The notes under the pieces are model-generated. The model did not search any database. It had not been told where the DNA came from and saw only the letters and a program-made list of their open reading frames with translations. Shown one piece after another: positions 11,959 through 23,812 of a DNA stretch of 64,000 bases. Source of the DNA: Catajapyx aquilonaris (taxonomy: Eukaryota); assembly GCA_000934665.2 (NCBI GenBank), contig JYFJ02000319.1:1-64000 (forward strand), read 5' to 3'. Made by a program: the position numbers and the translations under genes. Position 1 is the first letter of the stretch. Every line of letters begins with the position of its first letter.

Positions 11959-14900
11959 ATGGAGCAGCCATTCAACAGTGGGGAAATCTCGATCCCAAAC
12001 CAGTCCTTGTGGGAGTACATCTCCGAGAAACTGAATGCAGTTCTGAAAGGCGGTGACCGAGACTTTCTGGTAAGATTTTTGCATACGACCTTGTAAAGGA
12101 TAGCGTAAGACCACGGGAGAGTCTCGTTCAGATGACGAAACAGATCGTAAATGATGGGTGCTGGATTGTGTACGTGTCACACATCGTGGACTCTGCTCCT
12201 TATCTGATATTCAAGCATCCCTTCAGACAGATGTGAGCACCGATGACACCATTCGGTTGTCGGAACTGGAGCCCTTGTCAAGGAGTGTCGCAAGCGCCTT
12301 GTACAAAAGAGGCTTTCGTCCTGGAGACTACCTGTTTTACAGCACCAGCAATGCCACCCGCATATTCCCCGTCATCCTCGGGGTGTGGCGGTTGCATGGG
12401 GTGCTTACAAACTCATATGTGGATGACCTGAAAGGTATTTCGACACATATTACTGAAGCTGGTGAACAATGTCACTTTTTACAGACACTCATCTGGCTCG
12501 GATGAAAGACACTAAATGTCGGTTCGCTGTGTGTGACCAACACACATCAGAGTCCGTTATGGGAGCCGTGAGTCAGCTGCCTTGGGATGCGGACATCTTT
12601 TCGTTTGGGGACGTCCAAAATTGCATGTCTGTGTCCCAGCATCTTTTTGCAGACAATGGCGCTGGTAACTCTTTCGATAGCATGGCTCATAAAGGGTTCT
12701 CATGATTGCCTCTCATGCAGAGTGTCCCACACTGGGCCCAATCAACGGGGACAGTCCAGCATTCGTGTTTTGCACCAGCGGGACAACTGGTCTGAGCAAA
12801 GGAGCCATTCACACGCAACGGACCATCGTGTCCATGCTCATCCAAGACATGCAAGTTATTACCAAATGACGTGCCGGGGTCAGCATAATAACAAAAGGTC
12901 GTCCTTTCTGCCCCGCAGGTTGGCCCCGATGAGCTCCTTTGGAAAGTGTTTCATGTTGGGCCGAGTTTACCACATCACGGGGGTAATGACGCCCTTCTGC
13001 TTCTTGCAAAATGGTCAAGGGTTGCTGGTGGCCTCCAAGATCAACCGGGATGAGCTCCTGAAAGCCGTGCGTCGCTACAAGGTGGGCGTGATGTCATAAT
13101 TCTGGCACATGCTATTTCCGGTAGATATTACGAAGTTCAAGGCCGTGTATTTTTGGGTTTCAGCCAGAGGCCATCAATGGTTTCCCAGCTTTCCTGGCCC
13201 TTCTGGATGACCCTACTATCCCACCTGATGACGTGAATAGCGTCACGACATTACTACCAACCGGAGGAAAGATGCTGGCACCGACTCAGGAGAGGTTGAA
13301 AAAGAGGCTTCCGAATCTGAAACGGATCCTCCAGGTATGTGCATTGTCAATTGCGCAACTTGTGTGGACAACACGTGATAAAAGGGTAGAAAGTTGCAAG
13401 AGGATTATTATGCACACTGGGGAAGCTATATTTGTCGCTGCGGGTTTCACTTTGCCGACTAACTGCTGTAACACCTTTCTGTACACGACGTCAAACATAG
13501 AAAATGGGATGTCCTCCTTCGGAAGCGAATTACTAAGGGTGCAATTTACACATTTCATTTTTGGAGCGCCCTTTTATTTCGAGCTGGCTATAAACAATAT
13601 CACGAATGCTATTTTCTTTCCTTTTTGAGATGTATGGGAGTACGGAAACTTGGTACGTCCTGTCAGCACATCACCTGTCGGACAATGAGCAGGGTAAGTT
13701 AATACCCTCATCACTCAACTTGTACGGCATTCCTTAGACATTTATGTGTTTTTCTACCTAGCTTTCTCTGCCTATTTTACAACTTGAAGCTCGTGTCACG
13801 CTGCGAAGTTATGGCATTGTTGCGTTATTTATCCATTTTCAGCTACTCTCCCGCCAAATTCAATGGGACGTCCCTACCCTCGCGTAAAGTGCAAGGTATA
13901 GGGTGTGCTGTAACAGCAAAAAAATTCATTACAAAGTCCTGAAACTGAGAAGCGTACATGTAACGACCTTTCCTTAACGAGGTGGTGGATGAAAACACTG
14001 GGAAAGACTTGCCGTCCAACCAAATCGGCGAACTGGCCTTCTCTTCACCTGCCTGCATGACCAAGTACCTCAACAGACCAAAGGTAAGCCTCTGGCTAAA
14101 TTTTCCAAAGGTCGCGTGTGAATTGCGTGATATGTCGTGTGATTTCTACTCCCACGCCGTTTGTATTGGTGTGAACCGATCGCAATTCGCATGTCAACAA
14201 TAGGTACAGTACTTTTCTCACCTGATACAACCACTCTCACTGCAAGTCATATAATATTGTCTACACGCAGGAGACGGCCGAAAGCGTTCGTAATGGTTGG
14301 TTTCACACGGGGGATCTGGGCTATTACGACGAGTCCGGATTATTCTTCATGGAAGGTCGCAAAAAGAATATATTCAAGCTGTGGAACAATCATGTGAGTT
14401 GGCGCAACTATATATGCAGATGTGGAGGAGCAAGGCATGAAAATATATGTGGATTTCAGATTTCTCCTGTGGAACTGGAGTCGATATTGTTTCAGCATCC
14501 TGATGCAATTGATGCAGCGATTGTGGGTGTTCCTGTTGAAGGAGGGGATGTCCCAAGAGCCTTTGTTGTGAAGAGGGTGAAATCCGCAGTTACAGAGAAG
14601 GATCTTCGCAAGTTTGTAGACGGTAGGCGATTCACAGTAATTAATTGCCAGATTGTAAAGACTTATGAGCGAGACAAATTGGCTTCCTTCCATACCCTTT
14701 TTTACACAAGTAAAGTGTTCTTAGACTGTAATTTGCTAATGCGTGAAACACAGTCCTACAGTGTTGCATACTTATATAGCTGGCTGCATCTAGCCACAAT
14801 TCCTGGCTTAGAAATTGCGGTGTCACGGGAGAGGCATATACAATCTTTAATACCAGTCATAAACGTCTATTGTCAAAATTCATTGTACCAAAAGTAATTT

Positions 14901-15838
14901 TTAAATGTTGAATCGGTCAACCACCTGGCTGAAACAAATCGTTCTCATATCTGCTAATATGCAAGTCACGTAGCCAGAAATATCTGATAGCCCAGTGCCA
15001 GCAATTAATTACAAATATTTAATTTTCTCGGTTTTGTTGTTGATGTTGATGGATGTAAGCATGAATCGACTGCCGAAATTAAAGTCCTTCATAATTACAT
15101 AAAATATCCCTCCATTTTTTGCCATCATCACTGATTTGTATGATAATAATCTACTGATTTACTTTTAAAAACTTGTCAAAGTACAAAAAATAAATGTATA
15201 ATTAACAGCCACTCCTCATAAAGCTTTTTGATTACAATTTGGTTGACATAGTTTTGACTAGGAGCAACTTTAAAAATAATTGCTGCAATTTAACTCATCT
15301 GCACTAATTAAAGCGTTTCGCGTATAGCGAACAGGCAATTAATGGGCAATAAACAGCCTGATTCAGAACCAGGTCGTCAATGTGAATAAAATAAGCACCA
15401 AGGATCAGGCCAATGTCGCACACAAGACCACAAGTTTCCCAATACTGTCTGGCAATATATCACGTACTTCCTACGTTTTTCTAAGTCCCTAAACAGAAAC
15501 TCCGTCTTCGAAAGTTGGATGCAAAATATAGCCTTCCTGAAACCCTTTCACTGATGCAGTTCGTCCCATTATTACAATCATTGCTGCAAAGACATGTGCT
15601 ACACGACCCTTTCACTGCTGTTGTGTTGCCTTCATCAACTCAATTTGCAGCCCTTCGCAATCTCTAATGCCATTCTGTGCAATTTTCAGAGAAGGTAGCC
15701 TCTTACAAGCAGCTACGAGGCGGCGTCATTTTTTGCGAAGCATTGCCTAGGACCGAGTCCGGGAAGACGGATTACAAAGCTCTCAAGCGTATGAGTGACA
15801 GTATACCGACAGAGCACCTGGTTACAAGCGGTCATTAA
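11959..15838 (+). CDS. luciferase-like / 4-coumarate-CoA ligase-like acyl-CoA synthetase (ANL adenylate-forming superfamily), ~538 aa
   Basis: 12 exons: 11959-12069, 12227-12434, 12485-12664, 12721-12850, 12919-13081, 13164-13334, 13630-13693, 13843-13895, 13982-14083, 14271-14393, 14460-14622, 15690-15838; phases consistent. Motifs: FCTSGTTGLSKG (AMP-binding loop), YGSTE, GWFHTGDLGYYD, ISPVELESILFQHP, YKQLRGGV, LPRTESGK. Confidence 0.92.
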
Positions 15839-17425
15839 GTCAACAGAAGATGTCCGACTATGTCATTCTTCGGCAGGAAAAGATTTGCATGCCAATACTC
15901 GGGGATTTTAAAAAACAGGCAAAAAATGTTTCAAAAATGACTGTAATTTGCATAATTATCATGTCTAGATAAAAGTTGTCAATTACGAGGTATAATGGGC
16001 ATATGTGAAATTATAATATATTAAGCTGTAATGTGCTTAGTCATTTACCTTCTCTGTGGCATCATTTCTATTTTCCAGATGGGAAACCTATTTGAACGTG
16101 ACCTGTTTGTTTTGTTTTGTTTTGTTATACTGTGGAATGTGACTAGAGTGATTCATGTACACCCACACTCCTGGAATAAATTACATGGAAAACATGTCAT
16201 CAGCAGTGCTTTGTGTGCCAGCTGTTACAAAACCGCGACCTTTTATACTTCTGTTCGTTTTGATTCGGGGTTTTCAGATGATGCCAGTCACGACTAGGTG
16301 AAGTACCGTGCTCAAGTGCTGTCGCACTTTGCATGCGAAATACCCCTGGTGTATAGGTATGCAAGAAATAGACATGTCAATATATTATCATCGATTTCTT
16401 CGTATGTGAATAATCCCCGGCGATATGCGCATTTTATAATGATGTCCTTTTTTTTGCGTGCTGACAACTTAAAATTCACAATGAGTGGAGACTCTCACCG
16501 TGAAACTTACGTCTGTTAACAATAGCCCACTTCCGAAAAGGCAAACGTGCGCACGCCTTCACGAAACAGATTCCATATCACACCCGGGTAGTCCAACTTC
16601 CCTCTTTGGAAAGGGAGAAACAACATCCTTCGTGTTCCCGGAGAAGAACTCGGCTCTGTGCACAACTGACATAAGTGCATGTCACGTTCATTTCTAACTT
16701 GTCCTATCTCCACGTCACTGTCCATCATAATGGCCATAATTATAAAAGTCGCATACTCTCGCGGCCAATGTTTCAGTTGCAACAATATGGTAATACACCA
16801 GTCATACCTTTTTGTTCACGAACCACTTAGGCTGGGCCATGCGATCTTCTTTGTCCACTTGCCACATAAGCAAATTGTCCCTCCGTAATAAAACAAATGA
16901 ATTAAATTAAGCTACAAACCTACTCAAAATATCAAATAAAATGTAGCTCATGGCCGTGTCTCCAACCAGCATTACCTTTGACATACGGTACGTGTTATAT
17001 CCCCGAAATTTATTACCTGGCCACCTGCAAACCCGATTGGACATCACCCCCCAAGAACGGCGGTTAGCCCCCTATTCCCCCCATCCATAGAAGTGGTTTA
17101 TTTGCGCAACTTGGGCCTTTCCAGCCAAGCCCTCCTTGAATATATACTGAGCAAAAATGCTGGCATTACATCTAGTGAGTCAGTCGGAGGCGGTTCCGCC
17201 CCCACGACCCTCCGGTTCCTGTTGGACCCCAGCCTGCACTAGGAGAGAAACACCAACCACTTTTCCTTTTGCCCTTCGGCATCTCTCCTTCTGACCTACA
17301 TCCGTCTCAAGGGTTTACCCGGCATATTCTTAGTTCCCGTCGCTCCTTCGGCGGGGACAGGCAGACAGGTGCAAAAGGATGGACTCCAGAAGATACCGGT
17401 GACCATGTGAATTTTGGTATCGACG

Positions 17426-20400
17426 ATGCGGGTTGGGTTGACGCTGCTGTTCTGGGTGACGATGGTCAGGACGCAGTATGACGACAACGAAACGCCATTG
17501 CCCTTCCTATTCTTCGGACAGAAGGACCATCAGGCATGGGTGCCCAACAGGGTGTTTCTGAACAAGCAGTATGACTTTATAATCGTTGGTGGTGGATCTG
17601 CCGGATCTGTTTTGGCCAACAGACTGTCCGAAGTAAGTTATCTTTATTGTTTTGTACGGATAGCTTTCTCGCGTTTCGTGACTAACATCCTATTCACTGC
17701 ACATCACTTCCGCTTTCGAAAAAATCCGGTTCATTCCATTCTCGTTTATTTCCCCTTCTGCGTTTTGGGGCGCCCAGATGCGTTTAATCCAGGGTGAAAA
17801 TGCTTTTCCCTTAGGTAGTTTGGCAGCAGCAGGTTGAATTTTCACTCAGGGAAAGTAAATATTAATAAGACAAGTTGGGGAGTTTTTTCATGCATATCTA
17901 GGATGTACTAACTGGAGCAAAATATGCCAGAGTTGTGCCGAGACTGATGGATGAGAGGGCATGTGTAATTTATATTATCGAAAGTCGGCAGACTACTTGC
18001 TTTATTCTTCTTCAGAGTTCAGAAATTGGCAAAACAGACATAAAGAGGTTATTATTTGGAAATGGGGCCAGATATAATGATGGCTGATTTCTATTCCATA
18101 AAGTATGGCATTGAAAACATTCAAGGCATGGCCGGTACAAATTTTTCATTTTATGCAACAATTATTATTTGCTTATTTGAGTCCGCTTTTGGATTACCAC
18201 TAGGTGTGATATAAAAGAAACGAGTAATTTTATGGCCAAAGCTGTTCTCCATGGTGTATGGAGAAGGTGTAACTGGTTTTCACGCATGTGGGCTCTACTT
18301 TTTAAGAATATTAAATGTTACCGATTCTAAGTGAAAGTGAAACAATAATAATATAACTTGTCCCGTTAAAAGTGTTGCGCGCTTTGTGCGCACATATTAC
18401 ATATTACGCACATTTTGACTGTTAGTTTTGTGTGACTTACTCGTTTGGCAGAGGGGAATTGCATGTGTCATGTGGCGCTATGGGGTTCTGGCTGATACTA
18501 TTATAGACACCACGTTGACATAACCATAGCCAATACATATCTGCATGCATGTCACCTACGTCGACCAAAATATTTTCCCTTTCGCTTTGGGTCTAATCGC
18601 ATCAGATAACCGGCATGTCCTCATTAAGCTATCCCTTTTAGAGCAGTGAATGGGAAGCCCTTAAAAATTTAGGCGTGTATATCCATTTCCAATTTAAAAG
18701 TATAGGTGAAATAAAATTATCAGACAATGCTGCCTTATTAAAGTGACCATTATCAGAGGAATCACTTTTCTGACCGTATACATTTACCACCCAGATAAGT
18801 TAAAACAAAGTATTACATACCGGTGCCATAAATTGTTATGGCCATTGTATTGCGCTGTATAATTATGTTCGTCTGGCTCTGCAGATTTTGCTATATCCTA
18901 TGTCTTACTTTGTACAAAATGTGCAAATTCTCATGTTGTTCAGTATCGCGCCCTACTTATGAAGCCATAAACTGTCATTTGGACCATATAGTGCTTTTTG
19001 TTATTATCTCGGAATGGTTGTGCTAAATTCAAAGGGTGCTCCTTTCTTGAAGTGTGGCTTACCCCGACGTAGCCTACAAAATACAAACAAACGCACTTAT
19101 TCTGATCCGTCAGTGTTTGTGTGTTTCGAGAAACCCGAAGTTCTTGCACACCCAGGAAGTTTAAACCAGGCATCGTTTGCATACAATAAAACGCGTCAAA
19201 TATTTCACACACGTGATTGTGCCGAAAGCCGCAAAAATCTTACACCTACTCGTACAGTAATATTTTTTGAATTAAATTATTACATTTTTTTTTCTACATG
19301 GCTTTCACTTGGCAGCGACAAAATACGTGTGGAAATCACTCCAATATTCCAATATTATCCCATGCTCATATCGTTTGCGGTCAACCTCCGTTGCATCCAC
19401 GGATGAAAGCCTGACCGTATAACTCTCCTTCAAAAATCGTTACAATTCTCCTAGAAAGTGCCACCAGCTCCACAGCGAAACCTACTTTACAACAGCGTGT
19501 CATTCCATCATATGCCTACCACAACATGTTTCTAAGTGAGCCACTGGAGCATAGTTTTTGTTATGATACTGATGAACAGCGGCGAATATCATTCACTAGC
19601 TATAGGCTACAGCAATCAGTCAGGCGTTGCCCGGTTAAAAAAAATAATTGCAGCATGAGGTGGTATAAAGCAGGCATCCATTAACCTATTTATCCCAAAT
19701 TACAATATTTCAAAACGACATATTTGTCGAGCACAAAAAAATCATATGGCTTCCTGCCCATTTTTATTACAAAATTGCCCTAATTCATGTTAGCAATATC
19801 CTGTCCATTATTGCGGCAATCTTGCATCCATTTCAGTTTCTACCACCCACTTGATTAACAGGGAATCCTTCGGATTATCTTTCAGCTCGAACACTCGTAA
19901 TAGGTGCGTTACTTGGCTCGCATGATATTCCCTACCATATTGGGTAGCAGACAAAAGGCATTCATTATTTCCGCAACCAACCGCAGCAATTTCATTAGAT
20001 TGTGTCCCACAGGTGGCCGACTGGTCCATCCTTCTTCTGGAAGCCGGGGGCGAGGAATCCCTGGTGTCTGAAGCCCCCGCCTTCCTGGCTGCTTTGGCCA
20101 ACACAAAATACGACTGGGCATACCGCACGGAACCGCAGCCGACCGCGTGCCTCTCGCTGGTTGGAGGCCGCTGCCACTGGATCCGTGGTAAAGTCCTGGG
20201 AGGCAGCAGCGTCCTCAACTACATGCTGTACTACAGGGGGAACAGGAAGGACTACGACCGGTGGGAGTCCCTCGGGAACCCAGGCTGGGGGTACAGGGAC
20301 GTCCTCCCTTACTTCCTCAAGTCAGAAGACAACCGGAACCCGTACCTCGCTCGGACACCGTACCATTCAACCGGAGGGTATCTGACCGTGCAAGAGGCAC

Positions 20401-22554
20401 CATGGAGGACGCCGCTTTCAATCGCTTTTCTAGCGGTGATTTTCCTCTACATTTAACACTTTCGCGGATTTTTTTTTATGGGGACCGGGATTATATTGAT
20501 GGACAATTGCCGTTTCATGGTTTCGCAAATGCACTAAATACCTTCCCTTTTTTTGCACTCTCTCCAGGCGGGCATTGAAACTGGCTACGATGTCCGAGAT
20601 TCGAATGGCGAGGTCCAAACGGGGTTTATGATCCCGCAGACCACTACGAGGGGCGGTTTCAGATGCAGTGCGGCCAAGGCCTTTTTGAGACCGGTGGGGA
20701 GGAGGCCGAATTTGCACGTGGCCAAGTTTGCCCATGTCCACCGAGTCTTGTTTAATGTCAGGTAATTGCACTGTGCTCACACCTGCCCTACTTATTAAAC
20801 GCACGAGCTGGTCAGTGTAACCCAACCCATCTGGTATGTTGGGACAGGGCTGGACAGGGTGAGGCAACACTGCAACACTCCAAAATTGTTTTTTGGGGTC
20901 TTTGTGCTTATTATCCCAAACCCCAACGGCGTCCCAAGTTCATCGTCGGGTTCAAATCGAGCAATTACCCAACGGGCAATAAAGTGCCAGTGTTGCCTCA
21001 GCCTATAAAGTTCATGGCTACTGATGCAATACGGTTTAGGATGGGATGTCGAACTGGTTTGACCAATTGCGTGCGAATAATTTCGCATGTTGTTGCATCT
21101 GTTGTGGATTAAGCAGCGGGGGTCAAGAGATCCAAGCACGTGCAGATTACGGCAATGTAAAAACTGGATCCGAACCTGCATCATTGCAACATGAGGAATG
21201 CGTTCCTTTTTTGGAAAAAAACAACATGTGATTAAGATACGGCGTTGGCTGACCCCCTTGACCATTGCGGATTTCTAACGATCCATCATCACCGCATTCT
21301 TTTCTATTTCTTATAGGACGAACCGCGCAACAGGCATTCGGTTCAAGCGCAACGGAATTATGCAAACTGTGTACGTACGGAAGGAAGTGATTGTATCTGC
21401 AGGAGCTATCAACTCCCCTCAGCTTCTCATGCTGAGTGGTATCGGAGACGAGGATCACCTGAGGCAAATCGGCGTCAAAGTGATTTACGACTCGCCTGGG
21501 GTGGGGCAAAACCTTCAGGTAAACCAAACATCACCAGTTAGCGAAAGTGAGGACAGTCCGTTGCTAAATTAACAAACCAGCAGATCGAAATGGCTAAGGT
21601 TTCCGTCTGCAAACTGTGACAAACAACATAATAGCCTGCCCATCATCCTATTTTAAGGGCAGTGTCTTATTTCGCAAATTGAGTAAGTCTTACATGCTTA
21701 CTACCATAACTTACCATACATCTCCACAGGATCACATCGGTCCAGGCGGCCTGAACTTCTTGATAGACCAGCCCCTGACCTGGAACGTGGAGCGGTACGG
21801 CAACCTGGCGTCCATTCTCTACTGGGCATCCAGAGGTCGAGGTCCGGTGACAACCCCTGGTGTCCTGGACGGGATGGCGTTCGTCCCGACCAAGTACGCC
21901 AACCAGACTGATGATTTCCCGGATATCCAGCACCACTTTGCAGCAGGTTCGCTGGGGTCAGACTTCGGTCAGCTGGCGCGTCACCACGGGCTGAACCGAG
22001 AGATTTGGGAGACAGTATACAAACCTCTCCAGGGGAAGGACGCCTGGACGAATGTGCCCATCCTCCTTCATCCGAAGAGCCGCGGGTACATCAAGCTGAG
22101 GAACGCCAATGCCGAGTCATACCCCCTTATATACCCGAACTATCTCACACATCCGGAGGACATTGCCCGGCTGGTGGACTCGATCCGGCTGACATTTGAC
22201 CTGGCCGAGACCGAAGCGTTCAAGAGGTACAACTCTACTTTCTGGAACGTCCCGATTCCAGGCTGCAAGCACTTGCCACTGTTCACAGACGAATACTGGG
22301 AGTGTCACATCAGACACTACACACTTACTATTCACCACTACAGCTGCACGTGCAAGATGGGACCTGAGAGTGACTCCATGGCTGTGGTGGATCCTAGGCT
22401 CAGGGTGTATGGAGTGAAGGGACTCAGGGTCATAGACACGTCTATCATGCCAATACTAGTCAGTGGGAATACAAATGCACCAACTATGATGATAGCTGAG
22501 AAAGGAGCTGATATGATCAAGCAGGATTGGCTGGGAGGTAGGCGGACAGGATGA
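17426..22554 (+). CDS. GMC oxidoreductase (glucose dehydrogenase [FAD, quinone]-like), probably secreted, ~616 aa
   Basis: Exons 17426-17632, 20013-20435, 20568-20761, 21317-21518, 21730-22554, all GT-AG. Motifs: [12 protein letters not shown] (FAD), [67 protein letters not shown]. Hydrophobic N-terminus [22 protein letters not shown] at 22633. Confidence 0.95.
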
Positions 22555-23812
22555 GTTCAAATCACACTAACGTTGAGAAGAATCAAGTGTCCTTCTTGTC
22601 AGGGCCAGTAGCCTACTGAGAGTATTTATAACAATAAATTGGGAAAATCCAGCAGATTTGTGCACTGCTGAAGGAAAATTTTGTAAACTTGCCTCATTTG
22701 ACAGGTGAAAGCAGATCTGCCTCCTGCCACAACATTCAGAATGATGGAATGGAGTGGTATTCGAATTATTTTTAAAAGGTGGTAAAGATTTTCTGTGAAG
22801 ATTATTGAAAGTGGGTAGTAGCTGACATTGTCTTATGGGAGAAGTTTAACGGTGACACTAAGAACGTTAACAGTGGTGATCCAACTGGAAAATTCTTAGT
22901 CATGATCAAATACGTAATGTGCATTAAATGAAGTGAAGTAAAACATCATGAATTTACGTTGCAGTATTGACTGAGAAATTAATTTTTTGCACATAAACTT
23001 GCCTTTTTCAACTCTTATTTGAGTTACAAACTGCATTATTTCTACCAATTACTTTGTAATAAGTTATGCCTATTTTGGTTGTGCAAATTCCCAATATGCT
23101 GTAAATATGTCTGTATTAAGGTTCTGTAAATAATAAAGGCTTATTATGCAGCACTGGGCTCTATGAATGGTATACGGGTTGTGTAGTAGCTTGGTAGTAG
23201 TGACAGTGCCAATGTAGAGTACAATCATGTAGTTGTAGTAGCTTGTAGAGCACTCTCTCTCTTGTAGCGTTATGTAGCACATTCTTAGCAGAACTCCATT
23301 AGTCATAATCCAACCTGAAAAATCTAAAACACCTAAAAAGTTGCATTATCCACAAAAATAACGATGAAATAAGTATTGTATTATTATGTGCTATTGTGTA
23401 ATGAATGAAACTACAAAGAATATTGTGTTCCTTTGTCCAGAATATTTTATTTCAAGACTTGACTCCTATTATAATACAGAGCACTGCACACATGTATAAA
23501 AATTGCACTCTAATATAAGCAGTGCGAATTTCTCAAGTCCTATACAAAATAAATATCTCATTTACTGGGATTTTGTACAGTACACCAATAATGTCTAACT
23601 CTCAGCTGCACACCAATACAACAAGAAATAATTTTGTGTAGCCATGTATATAGCTGATGACATTAATTTCACAAAAAATTAGTGATAAAAATTTGCCAAA
23701 AGGAAATTCACAGGTATGAGAATACACTTACACAACATCATGAGGCATTCATTACAACATTTCCATGAACATAATCAGAACCTTAAAAAGGCTTCTGACA
23801 ACTAATTAGGCG

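Noticed and set aside
11959..15838. Bioluminescence (true luciferase) claim
   Set aside because: Luciferase-like acyl-CoA synthetases are widespread in non-luminous arthropods, and nothing in the sequence shows luciferin specificity.
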